Of a DNA stretch of 64,000 bases, positions 58,062 through 64,000 are shown piece by piece. Under the pieces are notes generated by a model. It saw only the letters and a list, made by a program, of their open reading frames with translations. It ran no database searches and was not told where the DNA came from. Made by a program: the position numbers and the translations under genes. Source of the DNA: Clostridiales bacterium (GTDB lineage Bacteria > Bacillota > Clostridia > Christensenellales > CAG-314); contig JAFLVM010000001.1 in NCBI GenBank assembly GCA_022508305.1, positions 1,032,932-1,096,931 on the forward strand. The letters run 5' to 3'. Within the stretch, counting starts at the first letter, position 1. Each line of letters opens with the position of its first letter.

Positions 58062-58980
58062 TAAACTTTTTGCCAACAGACCGCGCACAATCCTTGCGCC
58101 CATGGCAGGGTACACCGACTACGCTTTCCGCTCCATTTGCAGAAACTACGGCGTAGGACTTACGGTTACGGAAATGGTCAGCAGCAAGGCGCTTACAATG
58201 GACAACGAGCTGTCTAAGAAAATGCTCTACCGCGAAGGAAATGACGTTCCGTCCTTCTGCCAGATTTTCGGTCACGAACCGAGCGTAATGGCGGACAGCG
58301 TATTACTCCCCGAGGTGCAAGCGTACGAGGGCGTGGACATAAACATGGGCTGCCCTGTCAAAAAGATTGTAAGTAGCGGTGACGGCTCGGCTCTGCTCGA
58401 GAACCCACGCCTTGCCTCGGAATGTATTTCGGCGGTGAAGAAAGCGTTGGGGGACAAGCCATTGTCAGTCAAGTTCAGGCTTGGTGTGACGGACAGCTCG
58501 GGCGCGGTGGACTTTGCCAAAATGTGCAGAGACAGCGGAGCGGATTTTATAACAGTGCATTTCCGCACTCGCAAGCAGATGTATTCAGGTGTTGCAGATT
58601 ACACGCTGTTGCCCGACGTTGCCAAGGTGGGGTTGCCTGTATTTGCTAACGGCGACGTAACAACTCGGGAGGATTATCTGCGTTTGCTGGACATGGGCGC
58701 GTACGGCGTTGCGGTTGGGCGCGGAGCAGTCGGCAAACCTTACGTTTTTGCAGAGTTAGAGGGTAATACGTACCAATTCGACCTGTTAAACACCGTTACT
58801 ACGCATATAGAATTGCTGCTCAAGACTTTTTCCGACAGAGTTGTGTGTAACGAGATGAAGAAACACGTCTCGGCGTACCTCAAAGGTAAGCGCAACGGTA
58901 AACAGACTGCAATAGCCGTCAACGCCGCGCATACGACGCAGGAAATTTTACAGTTAGTTACTGATTTTACAAACAGGTAA
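58051..58980 (+). CDS. dus: tRNA-dihydrouridine synthase
   Basis: ILAPMAGYTDYAFRSICRNYG..TEMVS. ATG 58051 overlaps the mazG end by 11 nt. The track start at 57955 was rejected. Confidence 0.9.
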   Translation: MSVDKLFANRPRTILAPMAGYTDYAFRSICRNYGVGLTVTEMVSSKALTMDNELSKKMLYREGNDVPSFCQIFGHEPSVMADSVLLPEVQAYEGVDINMGCPVKKIVSSGDGSALLENPRLASECISAVKKALGDKPLSVKFRLGVTDSSGAVDFAKMCRDSGADFITVHFRTRKQMYSGVADYTLLPDVAKVGLPVFANGDVTTREDYLRLLDMGAYGVAVGRGAVGKPYVFAELEGNTYQFDLLNTVTTHIELLLKTFSDRVVCNEMKKHVSAYLKGKRNGKQTAIAVNAAHTTQEILQLVTDFTNR

Positions 58981-58984
58981 AAAG

Positions 58985-59470
58985 ATGATACATATAGTTT
59001 TAGTTGAACCGGAAATCCCGCAGAACACAGGTAATATCGTACGTACTGCCGCGGCAACTGGCAGCGTGGTGCACTTAGTTCGTCCGCTTGGATTTGACAC
59101 GAGCGACCGTATGCTTAAGCGCGCAGGACTTGACTATTGGAAGGATTGCGAAATTCACTATTGGGACAGCTTCGAGCAGTTGCAACAGGCTAATAAAGAG
59201 GGCGAATTTTATTTCTTTTCCACCAAGGCGCAACGTACGCACTGTGAGCCGTGTTACCCCAAAGAGGTGTTTTTGGTGTTCGGCAAGGAAACGAAAGGCT
59301 TGCCCGAACAGCTGATACACGACAACTATTCTCACGCAGTGAGAATACCTATGATTGCAGATACGCGTAGCCTTAACCTGTCTAATTCGGTGGCGATTGC
59401 CGTCTACGAGGTACTGCGCCAACAGGGATTCGAGGGATTTAATTTCGTCGGACATTTACGCGAATTTTAG
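58985..59470 (+). CDS. trmL: tRNA (cytidine/uridine-2'-O)-methyltransferase TrmL (SpoU/TrmH class)
   Basis: IHIVLVEPEIPQNTGNIVRTAAATG... and NLSNSVAIAVYE. Confidence 0.9.
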   Translation: MIHIVLVEPEIPQNTGNIVRTAAATGSVVHLVRPLGFDTSDRMLKRAGLDYWKDCEIHYWDSFEQLQQANKEGEFYFFSTKAQRTHCEPCYPKEVFLVFGKETKGLPEQLIHDNYSHAVRIPMIADTRSLNLSNSVAIAVYEVLRQQGFEGFNFVGHLREF

Positions 59471-59536
59471 GAGCATCTCGTCAGTTATTCACTAATTATT
59501 CTTTATTGATATACCGATAATACAAAGGAGTTTTCA

Positions 59537-60364
59537 ATGTCTAAAATTGAAAGTCTTGAAATGGAAATAACAGAGCTTAGCCGTTTGCGTACCGTGTGGG
59601 TGTACCTGCCCGACAACTACGACCCGGACGGCGAAGCTTTGCCTGTAATTTACATGCACGACGGACAGAACCTGTTTTACGACCGTCTTGCAACCTACGG
59701 CATGTCTTGGCGCGTGGACAAGACGCTTGACGAATTGTTTGCTCAAACGGGCAAAAGCTGTATTGTCGTAGGCGTTGAAAGTAACGACAAGGTTCGCCTG
59801 TCCGAGTACAGCCCGTGGAAAATTCATCCTTTGGCATTCAAGGCAAAGCGCACTGTTGCCAAAAGCCGAATTAACCGCGGCGGTGACGGCAAGAAATACG
59901 GCGAATGGTTTGCAAAGACCTTGAAGCCCTACGTAGACGCTCACTACAACACCGACAAGGACAGAATGGCAACGGCGGTTGCAGGCAGCAGCATGGGCGC
60001 GTTCGTCAGCTGTTACTTGGCGTTGAACTACCAACGCGTATACGAAACAATGGGATTGTTTTCCACCTTTACGCAGTTTAACGAGCCTGCCCTCTACAAA
60101 TACGAGAAAAACACCTCGCAGGCGCTTGCTCAACACGCGCTCGTCTACGTAGGCGGCAAGGAGTGGGGCAACGACAGGTCGGACAAGCGTATGATAGAGC
60201 ATTCTCGCAGATTGTACAACAGGATTGTCAAACGCGGCGTATCTTGCGAGTTAGTTGTCAGCTCCGAACAGCCGCACAACGAAACTGCTTGGCAAATCTA
60301 TTTCCGCAAATTTGCCGAGGACTTTCTCAACCGTTACCACGATTACAAGCAAAGTCAGCAGTAA
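59537..60364 (+). CDS. Alpha/beta-hydrolase esterase (esterase D / enterochelin-esterase-like)
   Basis: VWVYLPDNYD...LPVIYMHDGQNLF and nucleophile elbow GSSMG. Confidence 0.75.
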   Translation: MSKIESLEMEITELSRLRTVWVYLPDNYDPDGEALPVIYMHDGQNLFYDRLATYGMSWRVDKTLDELFAQTGKSCIVVGVESNDKVRLSEYSPWKIHPLAFKAKRTVAKSRINRGGDGKKYGEWFAKTLKPYVDAHYNTDKDRMATAVAGSSMGAFVSCYLALNYQRVYETMGLFSTFTQFNEPALYKYEKNTSQALAQHALVYVGGKEWGNDRSDKRMIEHSRRLYNRIVKRGVSCELVVSSEQPHNETAWQIYFRKFAEDFLNRYHDYKQSQQ

Positions 60365-60388
60365 ACTTTTCGATTCGTTCGATTACTA

Positions 60389-60413
60389 AATTGCTTGCCC
60401 CACCGACGAGGTG
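60389..60413 (-). repeat. 25-nt intergenic repeat, copy 4 (inverted orientation)
   Basis: The minus strand reads CACCTCGTCGGTGGGGCAAGCAATT. A partial extra CCTCGCCG lies next to it. Confidence 0.75.
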
Positions 60414-60424
60414 CGGCGAGGTAC

Positions 60425-60453
60425 TTTACAAATTTTTGCGCGTGATATATAAT
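60425..60453 (+). promoter_or_regulatory. Promoter for maf and the mreB-like gene
   Basis: TTTACA (60425-60430), a 17-nt spacer, then TATAAT (60448-60453). Confidence 0.6.
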
Positions 60454-60462
60454 TGATTCGTT

Positions 60463-61017
60463 ATGAAACTTATTTTGGCAAGCAGTTCGCCGCGCAGACG
60501 GGAACTGCTATCAAAGCTCGATTATCCTTTTGAGATTATACCAAGTAACTGCGAGGAAGTCACAACTGCAACGGAGCCTACCGACGTAGTGCAGCAGCTT
60601 GCCGCCTTGAAGGCGAAGGAAGTGTTCTCTTCTCACCCCGACTGCGTAGTCGTCGGTTGCGACACGGTTGTGGATTTCGACGGGCAAATAATGGGCAAGC
60701 CGAAGAGTAGAAGTGACGCAGTACGCATGTTAAAAGCCCTTAGCGGTAACGTTCACTACGTTCACACGGGCGTTTGTATTCTAAGTCCTGTTGGGCAATG
60801 GCTGTTTTGCGACAGTACCGAGGTGCATTTCCGAGACCTTTCCGACGAGGAAATACGGCGCTACGTAGACAACGGCGAAGCGGACGGCAAAGCGGGCGCC
60901 TACGGTATTCAAGACGACAGTCAGTTCGCGGCAAGCTACAAGGGCGATTTTGACAACGTAGTGGGATTACCTGTTTACAGGGTGCAAGAGATTTTAGACA
61001 AAATTTACAAAAGGTGA
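60463..61017 (+). CDS. maf: Maf-like nucleoside triphosphate pyrophosphatase
   Basis: MKLILASSSPRRRELL..., GKAGAYGIQ. Confidence 0.93.
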   Translation: MKLILASSSPRRRELLSKLDYPFEIIPSNCEEVTTATEPTDVVQQLAALKAKEVFSSHPDCVVVGCDTVVDFDGQIMGKPKSRSDAVRMLKALSGNVHYVHTGVCILSPVGQWLFCDSTEVHFRDLSDEEIRRYVDNGEADGKAGAYGIQDDSQFAASYKGDFDNVVGLPVYRVQEILDKIYKR

Positions 61018-61021
61018 TACT

Positions 61022-61984
61022 ATGGCAAATTACGAACTGGTTTTTGACCTCGGCTCCGCTTACGTTTCCGCGGCGCTCAAAAAAGACGGCTTCACGGACA
61101 AAATACCCGCTGTTGTAGCTGTCGCTGTTGACACTGAGCAGATTGTTGCCGTTGGCGTAGAGGCGTTGCGTTTGGGTAGTGCCGTAGGTAGCGGAGTCAA
61201 GCTGACGCGTCCGATTTTTGAGGGCGCAATCATTGACGTAGATGGCACCAAGGCGTTGATTTCGGCGCTACTGAGTCACCTTGTCAACTACAAGATGAGC
61301 GCGTTTTCCCGTTACAACGTCACCTGCGCCGTTCCCTGCGGAATGATTAGCAGCGACAAAAACACCATTGAAAATGCTTTCTTGAGTTTGGGCGCAAAGC
61401 AAGTCACTTTTGTGGAGACTCCTCTTGCCGACAGCGTGCATTTATTTGGTGAGTTCCGTACCCGTCAGGGGGTAGTAGTGGACATCGGTTACGATTGCGT
61501 TGACCTTGCCGTAGTGTCGGCAAACAGTATCGCGGCAGGCTGCACGTTGTACTACAGCGGGAAAAATCTCACCGACGCGATAGTTGAACGCATACGCAGC
61601 AAGTACATGATACAGTTGTCCTACGAAAGCGGCGAACACCTCAAGCTCAACTGCGCAAGTCTGTACCCCAACGACTCTACCGTGGTTGCGGTTACCGGCT
61701 CCAACACGCAGACGGGCGCTCAGGAAAAGGTCAACATAAGTTCCAAAGAACTGTACGACACGGTGGCGGAGTTCGTCCGTAAGTACGCCAAGATTATTCA
61801 AAGTCTTGTTGCAAGCGTGCAGGGCGAAGTGGCTGCGGCAGCCCGTTCCGGCGGGGTTATGCTGTGCGGTGGCGGCGCAAAGCTTGCTGGTATTGATATG
61901 TTCCTTCAAGGCGAATTGGGCATGCCTGTGTACGTTGCCAACTTCCCCGAGGACGTTACGATCAAAGGACTACTTTCACTATAA
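61022..61984 (+). CDS. Divergent MreB/Mbl-like actin-fold protein
   Basis: FDLGSAYV (phosphate 1), AVGVEA, LTRPIFEGAIIDVDG and LCGGGAKLAGI (adenosine motif) align with MreB. The phosphate-2 loop reads DIGYDCVD instead of DIGGGTTE. Confidence 0.75.
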   Translation: MANYELVFDLGSAYVSAALKKDGFTDKIPAVVAVAVDTEQIVAVGVEALRLGSAVGSGVKLTRPIFEGAIIDVDGTKALISALLSHLVNYKMSAFSRYNVTCAVPCGMISSDKNTIENAFLSLGAKQVTFVETPLADSVHLFGEFRTRQGVVVDIGYDCVDLAVVSANSIAAGCTLYYSGKNLTDAIVERIRSKYMIQLSYESGEHLKLNCASLYPNDSTVVAVTGSNTQTGAQEKVNISSKELYDTVAEFVRKYAKIIQSLVASVQGEVAAAARSGGVMLCGGGAKLAGIDMFLQGELGMPVYVANFPEDVTIKGLLSL

Positions 61985-62017
61985 CAATAAAATTCATTGA
62001 CACGGAGGTAAACAACA

Positions 62018-62554
62018 ATGAGCAATCTTAAAGGTAGCAAAACAGAACAAAATCTTATGGCGGCGTTTGCAGGCGAAAGTCAAGCAAGAAACAAGTACGA
62101 CTACTACGCTTCCAAGGCAAAGAAGGACGGCTTTGAGCAAATAGCCGCAATCTTCCAAGAAACTGCCAACAACGAAAAGGAACACGCAAAACTGTGGTTC
62201 AAGCTTTTCCACGGTATCAATTCGACGCTTGACAACCTGTTGGACGCAGCAGCAGGCGAAAACTACGAATGGACGGAAATGTATAAGGAATTTGCCGACA
62301 TCGCCGACAAGGAAGGCTTCCACGACATTGCCGCTCAGTTTAGAGGCGTTGCCGCAATCGAAAAGCACCACGAAGAACGTTACAGAAAGCTTGCTCAAGC
62401 TGTTAAGGGCGGAGAAGTGTTTGTAAAACTCAACGAAAACGTTTGGGTTTGCCGCAACTGCGGTCATCTTCACGTCGGTAAGAGCGCTCCCGAAGCTTGC
62501 CCCGTTTGCGCTCATCCGCAAGCTTATTTCGAGCTTTTGAAGGAAAACTTCTAA
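62018..62554 (+). CDS. rbr: Rubrerythrin
   Basis: Ferritin-like ExxH motifs ([18 protein letters not shown]) plus a C-terminal rubredoxin motif CRNCGH...CPVC. Confidence 0.93.
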   Translation: MSNLKGSKTEQNLMAAFAGESQARNKYDYYASKAKKDGFEQIAAIFQETANNEKEHAKLWFKLFHGINSTLDNLLDAAAGENYEWTEMYKEFADIADKEGFHDIAAQFRGVAAIEKHHEERYRKLAQAVKGGEVFVKLNENVWVCRNCGHLHVGKSAPEACPVCAHPQAYFELLKENF

Positions 62555-62582
62555 TATATTTAAAGTAATTAAATAGCTAAAG

Positions 62583-62625
62583 AAAACCGACTTGAATCGT
62601 TAGTGAATCAAGTCGGTTTTACTTT
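62583..62625. terminator. Bidirectional terminator between rubrerythrin and the LRR gene
   Basis: 13-bp stem AAAACCGACTTGA/TCAAGTCGGTTTT followed by ACTTTT. Confidence 0.8.
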
Positions 62626-62671
62626 TATTTAATATTTAACTTTTCGTAAATTCGTTGCTATTGCATTTATT

Positions 62672-63916
62672 TTACAGTTCAACAACTTCGTCTCCACTGC
62701 AAACTACGGTTTTGAGGTTAGTAGCGTTTCTGTTCCAAGAAGTACTCTTGTTAATTCCTTCCCACTGAGCTTTCGTGCCGCTAAACGTGATGGATTCCAG
62801 CTTTGAGCAGGACGAGAATATGTAATTTCCAAGTTTTTCCAAGCCTACGTGCAACGTCACGTCGTCAAGGTTCGAACAGCCGCTAAATGCGTAGTTGTTG
62901 ATGGTTTTCACGTTTGCGGGAACGTCAATCTTAGCAAGCAGCGAGCAGCCGGTGAATGCGTACGTGCCGATTTCCTTCAAGCCGCTTCCAAATTCCACAG
63001 CGGTCAATGCCGTACAATTTGCAAACGCGCGCGAACCTATTGTTTCCACCGTGTTGGGAATGGAAATGCTTGTAAGCGCCGTGCAACCGGAGAACATATA
63101 GTCGGGTAGATACGTCACGCCGGCGTTAATGGTGGCAGTTGTCAGCTTCGTGCAGTCGGCAAAAACGCTTGTCGCGATGATTTTCGTTTCGCTGTTGATA
63201 GTGCACGCGGTGACGTCGGCAGATTCAGCTGCTACGAGCGCGTAGTAATCGTTGTTGTTGTGGCTAAGATACTTAGCGCCGCCCTCGGTTTTAAGAGTCA
63301 TGCTTGTGCAATTATTAAATACGTCCTTGCCAATGCTCGTTATGTTGACGAAAGACACGCTTGTCAAAGCTCTACATTCGCTAAACAAACCTTCGGGAAG
63401 TGTCGTTATGCCTTGAGGTAGTGCGACAGTTACCAAGCTTCTGCATTCCTTAAATGCGTACGTGCCGATGTACGTCACGGAGTTTGGAATGTCTATTTTC
63501 TCAAACGTGCAACCGTAAAACGCGCTGTTGGTAATGTTGACTATGCCTTCGGAAATTTCCAATTCCTTTATCTTTTGCAGATTTTGCAGCGAAATGATGG
63601 AAGACACGGGTTTGCCCTTGTACTCGGAAGGAATTGTCAGCTTTTCCTTGGCGAAGATACCGCCGCGATAGGTGTCCTTGACGTCAACTACGGCGTAAGT
63701 GCCAACGTACGGCTTGAGACACTCATACTGTGGAGTGGGAGTTTGCGCTTCCAACTCCTGAATGTACTCTTGGGTGATAATTTCGTATCTCAATCTGTTT
63801 GTGTCGCTCACAAGAGCAGCAATTACGCTGACGATAGCGATAATCAACAGTATCGCCGCGGCAGCAATGAGGATTGTCAAAACTTTTTTGGACAATTTGG
63901 GTAATTTTACAGCCAT
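62672..63916 (-). CDS. BspA-type leucine-rich-repeat surface protein with an N-terminal membrane anchor
   Basis: N-terminal TM helix ILIAAAAILLIIAIVSVIAAL. Repeats of the form IP.SVT.IG..AF..C..L..V. Confidence 0.8.
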   Translation of the reverse strand: MAVKLPKLSKKVLTILIAAAAILLIIAIVSVIAALVSDTNRLRYEIITQEYIQELEAQTPTPQYECLKPYVGTYAVVDVKDTYRGGIFAKEKLTIPSEYKGKPVSSIISLQNLQKIKELEISEGIVNITNSAFYGCTFEKIDIPNSVTYIGTYAFKECRSLVTVALPQGITTLPEGLFSECRALTSVSFVNITSIGKDVFNNCTSMTLKTEGGAKYLSHNNNDYYALVAAESADVTACTINSETKIIATSVFADCTKLTTATINAGVTYLPDYMFSGCTALTSISIPNTVETIGSRAFANCTALTAVEFGSGLKEIGTYAFTGCSLLAKIDVPANVKTINNYAFSGCSNLDDVTLHVGLEKLGNYIFSSCSKLESITFSGTKAQWEGINKSTSWNRNATNLKTVVCSGDEVVEL

Positions 63917-64000
63917 GTAGACCCCCTACGTGCAAAATTTTTCTACAAGAAATTATACATTATCTGTCAAACGATGTCAATACCTTTTAAAAAACTATAC

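Noticed and set aside
59534-60202. 222-aa minus-strand ORF
   Set aside because: Antisense to the esterase gene, which has a GxSxG nucleophile elbow. Arg/Val-rich shadow frame.

Overview
This 64-kb chromosomal window looks like a Firmicutes-type genome (Clostridia/Bacilli-like gene order), about half G+C by eye, and is mostly housekeeping. From left to right it contains the items below.

- 1-4.7 kb: a visibly AT-rich accessory island that stops at the 3' end of a minus-strand tRNA-Thr(GGU).
- 5-14 kb: mgtC-family gene, dnaI, a DnaD-domain (B. subtilis DnaB-like) gene, a 1051-aa SMC/Rad50-like coiled-coil protein, thpR, and an M1 metallopeptidase lipoprotein.
- 14.9-24.6 kb: a five-gene Opp/Dpp-type peptide ABC transporter whose components are all unusually large.
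- 25.8-41.9 kb: the complete S10-spc-alpha ribosomal cluster (rpsJ through rplQ, including secY, adk, map, infA, rpmJ, rpoA).
- 42-46.5 kb: a mixed-strand accessory patch with an AT-rich lipoprotein, a choloylglycine-hydrolase-family gene, a secreted paralog, a flavodiiron protein, and an XRE/SLOG pair.
- 46.5-64 kb: pth, mfd, a PrsA-like lipoprotein, a PlsC-like acyltransferase, a PIG-L deacetylase, a SpoVB/MurJ-like flippase, YabN/MazG, dus, trmL, an esterase, maf, a divergent MreB-like protein, rubrerythrin, and a BspA-type LRR protein.

I saw no rRNA, CRISPR array, transposase or integrase.

The best candidate for an undescribed system is the island operon on the minus strand (3947 to 1, continuing off the window). 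Its first gene encodes a 1017-aa cytoplasmic protein that fuses an N-terminal MORC/Hsp90-type GHKL ATPase module to a C-terminal histidine-kinase DHp/CA module. A second gene starts 3 nt downstream and has a receiver-like segment. The arrangement recalls a defensive phosphorelay such as Detocs, but any effector lies off-window.

Other observations worth a second look:
- A 25-nt intergenic repeat family with five copies.
- A tRNA 5'-fragment duplication sitting between a consensus promoter and the tRNA.
- A four-Cys (CxxC-x19-CxxC) pattern in ribosomal protein L24.
- An MreB-like protein with a degenerate phosphate-2 loop.
- Large insertions in the OppD and OppF ATPases.

All functional calls come from reading motifs in the ORF-track translations. 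No database search was run.
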